A DNA stretch of 64,000 nt. Source: Podarcis bocagei (lineage: Eukaryota). The stretch lies in NCBI GenBank assembly GCA_964188305.1, contig OZ076895.1; one strand, 5' to 3'. Below the pieces are notes generated by a model. It made no database searches. It was not told where the DNA came from and saw only the letters and a program-made list of their open reading frames with translations. This document shows, piece by piece, positions 11,921 to 26,630 of this stretch. The stretch's first letter is position 1. Each line of letters starts with the position of its first letter. Both the position numbers and the translations under genes were made by a program.

Positions 11921-14900
11921 ATTTAAGCGTACATATAGCCCTGTGCTCAAGTACTTGACTCTGGGATTGGCTAACTCAGGCACAGTCCTCCTTGAAACCT
12001 CAACTACACAAGAGATAGTGTTATCACAGCTTCCTTCCCACAAAGACCTACATGCAGTTGGAATACAGGTGTCAGTAGGATATTAAGGTGAGGGACCTCC
12101 ACATATTGTTGGACTCGAACAGGCCAAGCAGTCAGGGATGGTGGGACTGTCTTCTGCTAACCTGTTCTGTATAATACTAAGAAACTGTCATAAGGAAAGG
12201 CCATACTGCCTATATGGAATAGCTTTTGTTTATCAGCCAAGTTCAATATTGCAAAAGGCAAAAAATACATAATAAGGCTTTGGTATTATTCAAATATATT
12301 TTATTAACCTGCATTCTAAGTACTGAACTAAAAAAATATTTGACTAGATTATCTTTGACTTTAAGCAATATTGTCCTTAAATATTAACTCTGCCCCCAGT
12401 GTTTGTTCTTCCCCTTCTCCCGAGGTAAGTAAAGAGAAAGAGGGTATTCAAATTTTAGTAAGAGGGGAGTTATATTCCTTTATAAACCAAAATGGAATCT
12501 GAGCCACAATGCAGAATAGGTGCTATTTAGGGCAGCTCAACTTTTAAAAGGACAAAGTACTGTCAATTTTGTATTTACTCTTATGAAATGGGTGTGATGT
12601 GAGAAATGTGTAATCCACAAATGCATGATGTGATACTGCTTTGTCACTTTTGCAAATGCTAAGCAAAAATGTTTTTTCTAGCAGCATCTCTGTAATTTGT
12701 CACTTGTTCAGAAGTCACCTATGTTACAGGAATACCGCATGAATTTCAGGCAGATGCGCATCACCAACTTTCAAAAAATGTATCTGCTATAAAGTGATGA
12801 ATATAAAGAAAAGGCAATGGGCTAGATAAGGGAATCCTTGCTAATATGATCGCAGAACAAGTGTACTCATAGAAAGTAGCTGTTGACACACAAAATGGTG
12901 GTGTTCTAACAACACAACATGGTTTATTGTGACATGAATGAGCCAGAAAAGTCTTGGAAAACATTTACCTTTAACTAGTTACAAATTCCTAATTCATCTG
13001 AACCAAGGAATACCGATTTAACACAAACTATGGTCAGTTGCAAAACCACCCAATTTCAAACCATGGGTTATGATCCTAGCTTATTTAAATTATAGTTACT
13101 TTAAATGGGAGAGACAAGAGGATAAATACTTTAATGAATGAAATCCATTTTTGCATCAATGAAAATACAAGGAAATGAAAGACAGCAAATGTTTTGTTTC
13201 TTTGTAATTTAGGCTTAAGGAAGAAATGTACAATCTTGAAAATGAATATGAGCACCTGAACTACAATAAGTGAAATCAAAACTTATTATTGAAATATTTT
13301 AAAACTAAATGCTTCCCATGTTTTAACAAACTGTTCTTGATCAAGTAGTTAAGAAATTAAGCTGATGCAATTAATTAAATGAAGATTAGCAACAGTGGTT
13401 TTTATATTGTTATAAAATTGACATTCTTCAACTGAAGTGTATGGGCCACATTTAACCAAGTCATTCTCACAGTAGGCTCACTGACATGGATATGACTAAC
13501 TTAAGCCCACTGATTTCAGTGGGTCTGAGTATGACTTAATCTGATACCATCCTATTTTTAGAATACTTACATTTCCTTTGACTAACTGTATCTTTAATAA
13601 ACATCATTCAAACATAATTTGCACCAATATATTAATATTTCAATATTAATTACCATGTAGCCTCACCTTGTTCATGTTTTTCCATTAGTCTATGTTCAAT
13701 AAGGCTTACTCTAAGTGAGCAGAGGAATCATTACTGAAAGTTAATTATTTTCTCAGTGGTCATCCCCTAAACCTGACCATTAAATGGAAATTTTGCTCTT
13801 TACCCCCAAGAAATAAATAAATAAATAGGGCAAACAACCCACTTTTTATCTGAATACAGTAGAAGATGCTAAGTGATATAGCAACATGCAATTCAAGCAA
13901 TTTTACTTGGAAAGCCTCCCTGTTCCTTCCTCAGCTGTGGTGAATAAAAGGAGAAATAAAAACCTCACAAAGATCCAAATTCTGTGAATTTCCAAGAACT
14001 ATGGCAGAAATTTATAGGGGAAAGCTAAATATTGCAAAAGAGCATTTTCAACTATAGTCTCAGTTTTCACATGATCAAAATATTAGTCAAAGCATCTTTT
14101 AAAGAAATGTATGCTCCTCATGAGGCTGTCAGCAGCTTGGAACTGGCACAAAATCCCAATCTTGAAGCATTAATCCAAATACACTGATCTTCAACTGGTG
14201 TGTCGGGAGACACTAGTAAGTTGTGGCCTGATCCGAGGTAGGTTGCAACAGAAGCACGACCATCATGCAAATATATGGTAAAAAATTAAGTAATGGATCC
14301 CAAAATGCATGTTTGAATTAAAGGTAGACCCTGGGTTTGAAGATAGCTGATCTAAGATACTAGACCCAGATTTATCTCACAGGTAGCAATTCTCTGCTTT
14401 TCCACCACTAGATGGAGATGAAAACCCAGACATGTGGTGATACATTATGACATACCAAAATCCAGCAGACTGGAGCAGTCTAGTTCAAATAAATTCAAAC
14501 ACAGATTCATAGGAGAATGGACTTTAGTAAACCCTTCTCTAGCACACATTCAGGACTTCTGAATACATGACAAACTATCAAACTCTCTCTGCTTCGAAGC
14601 TCTTCACTGTCAGATGCTTTATACCAAAGCCAGATGGTGGGACACAGTAATCCTGCAACAGACTTAATTCTAAGAAACAGCAAATTAGGTGGCTAATCTG
14701 TGTCTCAACTTTACATTTCAGACAGCAGGTATGAGCTTGCTTAAACAATTGCTCCTCCGTGCAAAAAGGTCCCTGCAGACAAAACTAGGTGCCAGATAGA
14801 TGGGCTCTAAGTCAGTCTTCTCCCCAAAAGGCATATGAATTTTCCATGGGGGAATCTTACCTTCCCCCACCTCACCACCACCACCACCCCGGTCTCTCCA

Positions 14901-16708
14901 CCAACCCCATTATGCACAATCAGAGGTAATGAAGGACAGACACAGGTTTATCACAATCCATCACCAACATTTATACTCCATCCAAAGCCAGCTAAATGTA
15001 TGAAGGGGACCTAGGGGAAATGGCTTTAGTGTCCCCTGCAATGGCCATACCCTTGATGGATTTATTGACAGGGATGTCCAGAGTTGCAGCAGAGGCATCA
15101 ACAGTAGTGGTGGCTCAGAGAGGAGCACCATGTATTCAGTGTGAAGCTGTTATTGTGCATTTCTCTACGACCCCAACGTAGTATTGCTCCAGAGAGCTGC
15201 TATATGGGACACAAAACAGACAGCTCATTTGTTCTTTTAGACTGCTAGGCACCCCACCAGAGCAAGCAAATCTTTAAAGGGTCCCTATACAGCCCAGGTG
15301 GGCCATTTAAGCATTCCTCTCCCTCCATTCCACTCAGTGGTGAGAGGAGTTATGAGCAACTGCAGTAAGTCAGGAAGCTGTCTGTTTAATCCCTTCCCAA
15401 AGTCCCTGACATAGCATCACTGGGAATCAACACAGTATCAGGGGCACGGGAAAGCAATTAAACTGGCTCCTTTGCTGCAACTGCTCAGAGCTCCTTAGCA
15501 CTGAAAAGCAAAGGATGAGGGGAATTATGAGTCTGCTTAGTTAAGAACTTTTTCTTGCTGCTTGGTGCAGATAGAAGTGGAGTGACTGCAGAGAGCGCTG
15601 AAGTCTATTTTAATTCCTCACCCATTTTCCTGTTATGGCATTATTCTGAAGCAATACTATTTTGAGAGCGCTGGCAGTATATAGCCATTGCTCCTGCTCC
15701 TCAGCAGTACAGAATGGCAAAACAGAATAACTTTGCCCAGCCCAGAGCAGCAGTGGACTCAGCTGGGGCCCTTTGGGCTCCAGCATCTGACTGACCACGC
15801 CATGTGCTGATGCCAGGCCTGACTCTCTATAAAATATTCAAGGCACTTCACCATCTCATCTGCTATCTGAAGTCTGTAATTCATCTGGGCAGTGTAATGC
15901 CAGAGGGAATATAGAAGTCTTTTTAAAAAATAAAATAAAACAAATCATGCTAAGGGGCTGTGATCTCATGGTCTACTTGCAGTAAGTTAGAATGTATGAA
16001 CCGCTCAATAAGCCTTAGCAGACATATTTTAAGATTCAGCTGTGAAGTATTCCTCCAAGTTAAAATGATTAGCGTCATCACTTAAAGCATCTCTTTTTAT
16101 CTTGTGAATCACACTGAGGTCCTTTGATGAAAGACGGTATATAAATCTAATAAATAAAAATAAAATATAATAAAATAAAAATAACCCAAGAGCTTTGGAA
16201 AGGAGGCATCACAACAGAAGCTGTTACTACTGGTGGAAGTTAACACTAGTTAGCAATGCCTTATTCAAACTGACTTCTGTAGAAATGAAAAATAAAGGAG
16301 TACACCAAAACTGGCCAGCTGCCAATTTCTGCAGAGGCTAAAATTTTCATTTCACACTCATGGCCAGCGTTATGCTTCGTTTCACACTTCTTGACAATGC
16401 ACATGTAACTTTTCCAGTTGTTTAACCATAGTCAATTGGTATGAATAGGGTAAGAGATCATGTTCTCCTTTGTCTCCTACCTTCTGGAGGATGACTGAGC
16501 CCCACCTTTTATTGCTGCTGAGTAAGTATTCCTGCAAAGAGGGGAATGCAGCTCATGATAAGTGATTCTAGGAACAGTTCTTCTTTTGTTTAGCCATGGT
16601 TAAACCATCAGGAACATCATGTGTCCATAGGCTCCTACTCTTGACTAGTTTTCTCCTCTAGAAGCTTAAGTTCTACTGAAGTTAACAATGCTTGCACTGT
16701 GCACTGAG

Positions 16709-16786
16709 TAGAATCATAGAAGAATCATAGAATCATAGAGTTGGAAGAGACCACAAGGGCCATCGAGTCCAACCCCCTGCCAAGCA
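16709..16786 (-). mobile_element. CR1 LINE 3' end (5'-truncated)
   Basis: (AGAATCAT)n, the reverse of the CR1 (ATTCTATG)n tail, followed by GAGTTGGAAGAGACC. Confidence 0.8.
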
Positions 16787-19222
16787 GTAGTTTCAGTTAA
16801 AAACATTCCAAAAACAATTACAGTTCAAACACTCTTCCACCCAATGATCCTGGGGTTAGATGGTGCTTAGCACCTGATGTCTTCACCCTACAGACCAGGG
16901 CTGACTATTCCGCCAAGAACATACCATTATTAAACATACCAAGAACACATCATACCATTAAATATGGTACATACCATACTGTACATGGAAACTCCTTTGA
17001 TAATAGGCAGGTTTTGCATGGCCAGTTACAGTATTTTGTAGGACTAAGACTATGAACCAATGAACAGGAAGTGATGGTCCAAAGGAAAGGAAAATCTAGC
17101 ATGACGCCCTGTATTCTGCCATGCCCAGGGAGAGCCAGGGGCCGTAGTATAGGACTTGCTTTGCATGCAGAAGGTTCAATCCCCAACATCTCAAGGAACT
17201 CAGACTGCAGAGCTGAGAAAACACTGCCCTGGAGAGATGCTGCTGCTTATACTGAATGAGATAAACCAGCAGTATAGAACAAAGTGGTATGCTCACACAG
17301 AGAAAAGGGTTTTAGTACTCAGTAGGTTCTGTTTTTTGCATCTCGGAGAGCGTTAAAGTTTTTTTTCTGGAATAAGTGAATAATTTAAAAATATTTCCCT
17401 TCAATATTGCTATTTCAATGACAACTAATGTACTGAAAAAGCTTCATAGGGGTTTTAAAATACATCAACATAGGAAAAACGGACAAGGCACCGGCAGTCT
17501 GTGCAATCTTTTCAAACAAAACAATCTTTACAAACAAAACAAAAAATGTATCTTAGCAATATAAACCCCCTCAGCAGATATGCAGACAAAGGAGACTTTT
17601 AATGTAAAGTACATTTGTACTAAATTCTGAAAGCTGCTCCACAAGTTATATTGTAGAAAACACAACACTTGTTTTCTACTGCTATGTACGTGTAGCAAGC
17701 AGCCATCACCATTTTTGGATAGCATTTCCTGGCTCTCTTTTTGAAGTATTTTGCCCTTCAATTCTCATGGTAAATGTAGACATTTAATTATGGGACCTGT
17801 TCCCAGGTAGTCTTTGAGCTTTATATTTGGTAAGAACTTCATTAGATAACAAAAGCATTTTGACATCTAAAATGATAAAAAAGAGAATTCAATTCTGTAA
17901 GTTACTCTACAGTGTAACATAGCTAAACAGTCCAATACTGCTTACCTGTGTCACCTTTCACTTTAAACTAGGATGAATAAAACACAACATGATGCTGGCT
18001 TACAGGAAGATATCCCAATAGGTAAGAGTGTCACAATAAAAGCTTACATGGCTCTGGAACCAAACTCCTCCATGGTAGTATAGCAACCTGAATGTACTAA
18101 CATGAGCAGAACTTTGAAATGGGGTTTGAGTTTAGTTTAGCAAAAGTGTAAAGTACATGCTCTAGATGTAGAAAGCCCCAAATCTGATATTCTAGCTCTC
18201 TACTTCAGAATTTGTCAGGCAGCTGGATAGTGGGACACTTCTCCAGCACCCTACAGAGCAGATCTACAACCTAGGTGCCCCTTAGAACTAACCTGACCAA
18301 AGCTGAACTCAGATGTACACTTCTCTTTCAGTGAGTGATGCACAAAATACTGTTAATTCTCTTAGACTCACGTTTCAGCATCATTTTGAGTAGGATTATC
18401 AAATAAGGAAATCCTCCTTACTATATATTTCTCTATGAAACCGAGTCACACAACTGAAACCCAGGAAAATCCCTTAAAAGCCCCTAAGCATCATCAAGAC
18501 AAAATAAAGATGCCATTTCATATTCACATAGAAAATGTCTTCACTTTTGAGCTTGAGTCAGCCATCATGCCATTGTAATTTTCCTTTGTTACGACTATCT
18601 CCTTATAAATCTTAATATCAGCAATGTTGACATCTAATAATATTGAAGTAGCTATGAACTGTCAACTCATATGGAATTTGGTATTTATACAGCATAAGCA
18701 GCAGCAATTAACAAGGTCTGAAAAGATATGCCAGGGAAGTGCAAAGGCCTAGAATGCAGATATCTTTATATACACATACTTTCCTGGGATTGGGCAGTCT
18801 GTCCAAAACGCAACTGTGGCCCATCAACTGCCCATCTCTAGTTTAGGATTTAGTCATACTGAAGTTTAAATGAGTAATCTGAGATACCGCTGTATATGTA
18901 CAAGACTTGGAAACTATACAGGTTGCTTAATATAAAAAAGCAGCTTAGAAAACAGGAAAAGCAAAGCATCTCACTTAAAAAACCCAAATGCACTGGAGCA
19001 GAAATAAATATTTTTCCATACCACAGTTTAGTTGCATCATCACAGTTACTCTGTAAACCAATGAACATACCCTTAAATATGTCATTCTGTTTTTATGTTG
19101 TGTTTTACATTTATTACGATTCAAACTAAAGAGTTTCAGAAAAGGGGAAGAGTTTCGGGGGGGGGATTACATTCCCTGCAAATTCTAAATTAAGGTTGTG
19201 ATCAAAGTCAAATATGGACAGG

Positions 19223-19223
<1 letters not shown>

Positions 19224-19254
<31 letters not shown>
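19224..19254. repeat. (AC)n microsatellite
   Basis: Directly visible. Confidence 0.95.
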
Positions 19255-19256
<2 letters not shown>

Positions 19257-21599
19257 CAACTACATATGTTGTGTGTTACAAATGCTGTTAGAGCATTTAA
19301 ACTTTAAGTGTGTTTAGAAACAAGTTACGTGCTTTGGCATGAGAGCAAATGAAATGGGACCTTGGAGAAACGCTGAAGAGATCTTACAAATACATCCAAA
19401 CTTTGCGGAAATGGTTTTTAAGTAAAGCAAGGAGAGTACTTGAAAGGGAAAGTAAGTCAATTGTGCGTGCAGCTCTGGATCATGACCGAAGCCTTCAGGG
19501 ACTTGTAAATAAAGTGGCCTAAACACTACTGTGTGCTTAGTAACAATTATTAAGCCATTATGTAGAGCAGCAGACCACTGCGCTCTGTAAGCAAAGATTG
19601 GAATCCAGATTCCGCTTTTCATAAGGTCAGATAAACAGAACATGGATTATAAAGAATAGAACACAGAATTTAGCTTTTGCTTTTTTCGCTATTGGGAGGT
19701 AATCAATTCCCATTTTAGACCTGACATTTGATAGAAATATAGCAGAGTAAAATGAGTGATCTCTCCGTTAACATCTCTATGTGCTGGTAACTAGATTTAC
19801 TAGCTAGTTCTATTCTAAAGCTCTGCTGTAATATCTTAATTTTTAAGCATTGTTCTTGATCTGCAATGCCCCCAAAGTGACAGGACTTTCTTGACAGGTA
19901 CTGCCACATTCATAAGATATGGACACCTATATTCCAGCAAATAAATCAACATTCTGTGGGAGGAAACAGGAAAGTCGTGAGAATAAAAGATCCTCACTGA
20001 TTGCCCTCTTGTGGGCTAGCTATCTGTTTGAGCATAGTAATTTCCCTAACAGCAATAATTAAATTAAATGTTTGCTAAGTATACTGGCAATGGAGAAATG
20101 GTAGAAACAGACAAGAGCGAGCATGACAAGGTATCAACACAAAAGGTCATAAAATGAACAAGTATGACGGTGATGATCCTCATGAACTATCATACTAGAG
20201 ATAAAACTATGTGCCTAGGGAAGCCCTCTTCTTGTTCAGCTCAGAATTTTAATGCTTTAATTTTACTTAGACTCTTTGAACACAATAATCTGATTTTCAC
20301 TTTTATTTTAGTTTGGCAGAAATGATGACAGTGAGAAGATACAGAAAAATGGGAAATAAAATATATTTCTGTAAGAACTTGGGCCTCATCTTCACCAGAG
20401 TTCTTTCCTTCTCCCTACCTACTTGGTCCCTCAATGGAAATGAAATCAAGAAAGCCTGCTGGAGTATCTAATATTTGCAATAAATTCAGATCCTACACAT
20501 ATGTTAAAGATGCAAATGCAAAGTCTTTGAATAGAATAATCTTGTGTTAACTTGACAGGAAAGGAACTAATTAACAGAGATAAATAGTCTAATGTAAAAT
20601 GAATGCAAGGTCCGGCGCATATACTTTACTGGACAATACATGACAGACCCAGATCACCTTTAGAGGTCCAAATGATATTCCAGCATCCCCTCTATTATTA
20701 GAGGTCATGACATATAATGACATTGTGGCTATAACCTGCTGCAATGTCTTCTGCAAACATCCAACCCTGCATATATGTAGCTTACACTGAGGTTGGAACA
20801 TGACCACCAGGCTATTAACAGATGTTAACTAGGAAGGCTTCCAGTCAAGTGTCAGAACTCAGAACAGAAGCTTGAAAAATATGAACCAGAAAAACAAAAT
20901 GTCTCTAGTGGACATTGCTGAGTTTCAGTCACTGGAAACCAAGTTCATTTCTAATCTGTTAATAGGCAAGCTATTCCACTGAAGGTCCCTGAAGTGTAGT
21001 AAAGCAAGCTCACAATAACATAAAAGTTACACATTGAGACCAAATACATGGGTCAGTTGCTTTGCGATCTAAAAAGTGATCAACACATTCCCTCCTTGTC
21101 CTTTTGTGTTGTATCATTCGGATTGTAAGCCTGTGGGCAGCAAATGACTTGCTTGTTACTCTGGGAGCTTTTACGGCTAAAGAGCGGGCTACAAACGTGT
21201 TATACATATGAATATTTTAACAGGTAGAACTATAAAACACTATGTACATATATATACATAATACAAACTGACAAAACAAAACACCCAATACTTCCTTTAG
21301 TCATTCCTTTGGAAGAAAAACTGCACTAAAGAACAATAAGGAAGTCGCATCATATTCTACATGAGGAGCTCCATAGGGGTGAGTTGCAAGACTGATGCCA
21401 TTTAATTATCTTCTGAAGCAGTCCACACATTTCACAAAAGTCAATGATGATACAACACTGGAAGAGCCTAGAAACATAAAGGGCTAATTTTCTGGGAAGG
21501 TGGTGCCAAAGGCTGTGGCAGAGCAACTCCCAAGTATTTCTGAATGATATTATCTGGATTCACTTCAATCTGTGTCCCCTGCTTCTAAAACTGAATTGT

Positions 21600-22480
21600 C
21601 CTGATTTATGGTCTTTATCAAGAGAAGGACAGGGAAGTGTGACCCTTATTACTCTAACTAGATCTCTCCATGGCTTTTGACACCATTGAGCAGGATGAGT
21701 ATCAAAAGGCATTGTATCACAATGGTTTCATTCCTACCTGCATGGTCAAATCCAGAAATGAACTGGGGAATGGGGGGGAGAGTGACTTTGGCCTCCTAGC
21801 ACTTATGCAATAGGATTCCACCAGACACTGCTTTGTCCCTGGAGGGCAGGGTTTGCATTCCCTTTGATGGAGCAGGGACATAGATTGGAGGTACAGCTGA
21901 ATACATCTTTGTCAACCAAAGTCTAAGTTTCCTTTTTTGCTTGGAGGGCTTTTTACCAGCTTCACCTGGTCAGCTACAGCCATATCTGGATGGGGATAAC
22001 CTGGCCATCATAGACCATGCACTCAGGACTGGATTACTGAAATGCACTCTATGTGGGGCCACCCTTGGGATTGATCCAGAAGCTCCAGCTAGGGCAGAAT
22101 GCAGCACCTAAGATAGTTGATGGGAAGAGATGGTGGGCAACATGTAATACTACTGCTAAAATATCTGCACTGGCTGCCCATGTTACAGGGCAAGGCTCAA
22201 GCCTCTTATATTAATATAGAAGGCCCTGAACAACTTGGATTCTGAGTACCTTAAGGGCTGCCTGAGTTCTTATATGCCAGTTTGATCATTGAGATCTGGA
22301 GGAGTGATGTTAGTTGTCCCCATGTTTCAACAGCCCGACTGCTTTTGATGAGATGTTAGGCATCTAGTGCCGTTGGTCCCCCACTGGAGAATTCTCTTCC
22401 AGCAGATGTAGCAGGCATCCTCACTTCTAAGCTTCAGACACCTCTTGAAGATTTTTATGTGTTGCCAGTCCTATTCAATG
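21600..22480 (+). mobile_element. Decayed L2 LINE ORF2 3' portion
   Basis: Remnants of AFDT, LDY.NALY.G.P, QKLQL.QNAA, LHWLP motifs with stops and frameshifts. Confidence 0.75.
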
Positions 22481-23995
22481 GTTTACACTTTTAAGATGAG
22501 GCAGTCATTTTTACAATTATTCTGTATTGCTGTTAATTGTATTTTATCTCTTTTGTAGATCCTGCTGTACACAGCACTGAAATTTTGCATGTGAGTGGTA
22601 TATAAATATTTTTAATAAATAACATTAATATGTAATGTAACAACATTGAGAATTCACTAGCACATACTATGCAACTCGCCAACATAAAATTCAACAGCAA
22701 ATTCAAAAAAATTCCTTCTTTCTGCATATTGACCCTGAATTAGCAGGTAAAATCCCCACACTAATATAAAAAACTCTTGCAACTCCTAATTATATTATGA
22801 CTTAATTTAGATAACGTATTCAGTGTATTTGGCCTTGTAACCAAGTTTAACACTGCTGAAAACAGTATTTCCACTGGGAAATACTGTTCCTATGATTTAA
22901 AAAGAAGTCAATAATTACTAAAATATTTGTTAAACTATCTGAAGATAGCTTTCTCACATTGATGGCTAAGCCAGTGAAGCCTGATGTCCACCATTTGTAA
23001 ATAAAATATACAGTTTAGTTAAAAAGTAAGTACCTCAAAGACCAATCTAAAAGCCAATAAAGATTTTTCATCCAATAAGAAAAGTGTGAAATTCAGGAGA
23101 AGGGCAAAGCAAAAAATATTTCATGCATATTATGCCTCAGAAAGGTAGCAGCTCTGTCAGAGATGACATAATTATTTAAGGACATCTTCTCCTAAAATGG
23201 GGCGCATAAATGGAAAACTAATAGGCACATACATCATAAAGCCAAGACATTTCTTCAAGAGTCAAGGGGAAGGTTAATACAATATGCAGAAAGTTAAGAT
23301 ATTGAAAGCTGCTAGAACGCTCATTCGAGACAAAGATTTCAACATCAAAATATCCATAACCTAGCAAGGAATGGTAAGTAGTCACAACCTCCAAGTTGAC
23401 TTAGCAATTACTACACTTACGACACTTAATTGGAAATCCCAGGCTTTTCATTTTTTGATAAACTTTTCACATGCACGCAGAAAGAGATGAATGCTTTTCA
23501 GCACAAGCTTTTTATGCCGTACAACCAACTTGCCTGTCCCTGGTACAACTTACTGCAGAAGCTTTATACTTCATAATATTAATTGCATTGCTTTAGTGTT
23601 CTAGCATCCCTAAAGCAACTATGACCACTACTACAATAAAGAGCCTCAAAGATCTATTTTTGAATCAAGCCTCTGAATAGCACAGGCTAAGAATCTAAGT
23701 AAGTAAATTAGCAAACACTGTTTTCTGTAGGTTGTGTTCAGAGTTCCTAAAGAGTTTGTGTGGTGTAGTCAAAGCATTGCAGTAGGTTCAAATCCTTACT
23801 CATCTGTGAAGCTCACTTGACCAGTCTTTCTCAGCCCACAGAGTTGTTGCAAGGAAAAACATGGGAGTGAAAGAAACAAATTTTACAAGTAGCATAATGT
23901 TTACTAAATCAAAGGAGGAGGAAACATATTTCATTCAACTACACTACAACACTCTACTTCAGAATATGCCACATATTTAGAAGGTGGTTTTGACT

Positions 23996-24300
23996 CATTG
24001 TTCTCAAACTTTTTTCTCAGGACCACAACTTTCAAAATAAAAATTTGCTCACGGCGCACTGATTTTTTTTATTGACAAGAAATAAACTGGAGAACAAAAA
24101 GAAACAACTCCTGGCAGTGCTTGATTTTGAAAAGGTATCTATCCATATTCTGCAAATAAATAAATAAATGATACTATACTCCACGATACTACACTGAAAT
24201 GGTTAAGTGTTTCTTTGACTGCCCTTGAATCTTCCTGGAACCCTTGCCATCTTCTCTGGCCACACCAGTGTGATGTGCCACACCCTTTGAGAACCACCGC
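23996..24300. mobile_element. Degenerate hAT-Charlie-like MITE
   Basis: Inverted ends GTTCTCAAA / TTTGAGAAC. Confidence 0.55.
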
Positions 24301-25910
24301 TCTAGAGTTCTCTTCTACTGAAGAGCAGGAAACAGATTTTTCAGGCTAGGCCAGAGTTCAGAGACTTCACACATTCACACATCACTTCCACACTAACACA
24401 GCTGATTGTTAAGTTCAGTGATGGCCCCTTTTATCTAATGGAATATGAATGGGAGGGCCCTTAGCGGACATCTTTTCTGGGTCACATGGAGAATCTGAAA
24501 TGCTTCTCTGTATGTTTTTATATCCTGACATAATTACTAGCTTTTTCCATTTTCAAACTATATATCTAAGCCAGAGCCAAAGCTAAGACTAAAGTGCCAA
24601 AGAAATGCTTTTGTAACCAGAATGAAGAGACAGGTGTTGTGACCATGTTACAGATTTTATGATAAGCTGCAAATCCTCTGGATTCCCAAAATACTAACAT
24701 AAGCAGTCACTATCAGTAAGAAATGGATGGCATATAAATGTTTTAAGTGAATCATAATAAGAATAGAAAAAAACAATAATTGTAACAGTAGCCAAGAAAA
24801 ATAAAGCACAGGAAAACTAGTTTACATAAATAAAAATGTGCTATTACTGAACAATACTATCCACACTGTTTAAAGATGTAAACCCAAAACATCCCAAGGA
24901 GAAGACCACTGCAAGTTATGATGGAAGGAACAGGTTACTTGAAGTTTGCTCTAAAATTCCAAAAGGTATTATCATGAAGTGATGCTTGCTATGCCACAAA
25001 GTGTGTCAGCTACGAAGTACACTCTCTTCCAGCGGGAAACAATAATGCCAGCTGGAGTGAAATGTTACAAAAATGAAGGGCAAGGGATTAAAGTGAATGG
25101 AATAGGTGTCAGATGGCTTCATATACGGGATCATAAAGAATATTTTTTTGCACAATTTTAAATTTACTGGCTCATCAATGTAAGATTTCAGATACAATTG
25201 AAGATGATAGAGTTCAAATGGCAATGGAGAGAAAAGATATGGCACTAGCAGCACGCTGGTTGATAAATTCCCTTCCCAGTGAAGTTCATCTGGTGCCTAC
25301 ACTGTTGTTTTTCAGACATCTGGTTGGGGCATTTTTATTCTCTCAGGCATTTTAAATTATTTTTAAAAGAGATTTGAGTGAAGAGGAAACTGAATTTTAA
25401 TCACTGTAACTGAGTTATCCATTCTGCTGACTTTGGAAAGTGCAAGTACCCTGGAATATATATTGTATGAAAGCAGTATACAAATACTTAAAAAAATAAA
25501 TTAAAAATAGCTTTTTCCTGCCATATATGTCAAGCATCATGAACCGGGACTGAAGAATTATTTTTTTTTAAAAAAGTTAAAATGTAATCTACTTATGCAA
25601 TTAAGTAAACTATATATTTAAAATAAAGATCAACTCCACAGCATGATCAAGACCGTCAATGTGAATTATAAAATCACTTTTGAAATAAGGATGATTGGAC
25701 ATACGATACTCCACTTTCCTTATAAAGCTCATTATAAGGCTAAATTCCAAGCTAAACATTTCATTTCCAAAATGCATCAAAACACATTTCCATCATGATA
25801 GTTACATTATCAATTCCAGTACCAAATACCATCAACCCCTTCTCGCTACTCTGATTTAGAGAAGCTGAAGGCATGAACAAGGCTCACTGGTGCTTTCTCA
25901 GCGCACTTAC

Positions 25911-26408
25911 CTGCTATAGGGATCCCTCCTAGACCTGTGCTGTGTTGTGGTGGGAGGTTTAAGTCCAAGAAATTACTATTTGAAGGGGGGGTTGCTGTGT
26001 GGTTCAAGTGCATGATGTTATTGCGTGGGAAGGCCATCCAAGGATAGCGAGCGGCTTGGCCTGGAAAACTGAAGGAGTTGTAAACTGCTCGATGCTGTTG
26101 AAATTGCGGGAACCTCTGTGGCAAGACTGAAAATGTGCTATTGAGAGAGTTGGCATTTGCGGGCGCAGCAGGATGCAGAAATCCAGAGCCTGACCCTTTG
26201 GCGGTTGTAGTGTGTGGGGAAGGGTTCTGGAGAGACGTGGGCGAGAGGGAGGGTTGGTCTTGGACCGACAGTTCCTTCTCGATCAGGTCTGCTAAGGCTT
26301 TGCGGGTGATATCAAAGGGATCAAACCCCAAGTCATCTTCTTGCTGTTTGGAAGAACCAAATCCAAACGCCGCTTGCCAGTCTGTAGACGAGGATACTGG
26401 GATGGTTT
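25911..26408 (-). CDS. CNOT4: CNOT4 exon 10, including the CAF40(CNOT9)-binding motif DDLGFDPFDITRKALADLIEKE (about 26272-26337)
   Basis: 498 nt, phase 1-1; overlaps ORF 25846..26331; donor CAG|GTAAGT. Confidence 0.97.
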
Positions 26409-26522
26409 CTGTGGGATTTAAAACAGGTTATTAAAGTCAAAGTTGCATTTTCCCCAGCTTAATATGAGTCAAAATACTGACCAATTTCCCTTTCCAATAA
26501 TTGGCTATTCTCATTTCTAAGT

Positions 26523-26630
26523 CAGTTTCCCCCAGCCTGGTACCCTCCAGATGTTTTGGATTATAATTCCCATTGGTCCTGAGAGTTGTAGTCCAAAATA
26601 TCTGGAGAGAAACAGATTGGGGAATCCTAT
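26523..26630. mobile_element. Degenerate hAT MITE of the same family (other decayed copies near 450-560, 3310-3365, 12085-12150, 35510-35590)
   Basis: CTCCAGATGTTTTGGA...TCCAAAATATCTGGAG palindrome. Confidence 0.65.

Noticed and set aside
20240-20396. Minus-strand frame GEDEAQV...SVSSH, faintly resembling the recalled mammalian short-isoform terminal exon (GEEEVKV...STSSH)
   Set aside because: No AG acceptor at the required position, and the similarity is too short to trust without an alignment.
22861-22888. 12-bp hairpin with CAGTG near the loop on the minus strand (iron-responsive-element look-alike)
   Set aside because: The pairing register does not give a CAGUGN hexaloop on a 5-bp stem with a bulged C, and it lies deep in an intron.
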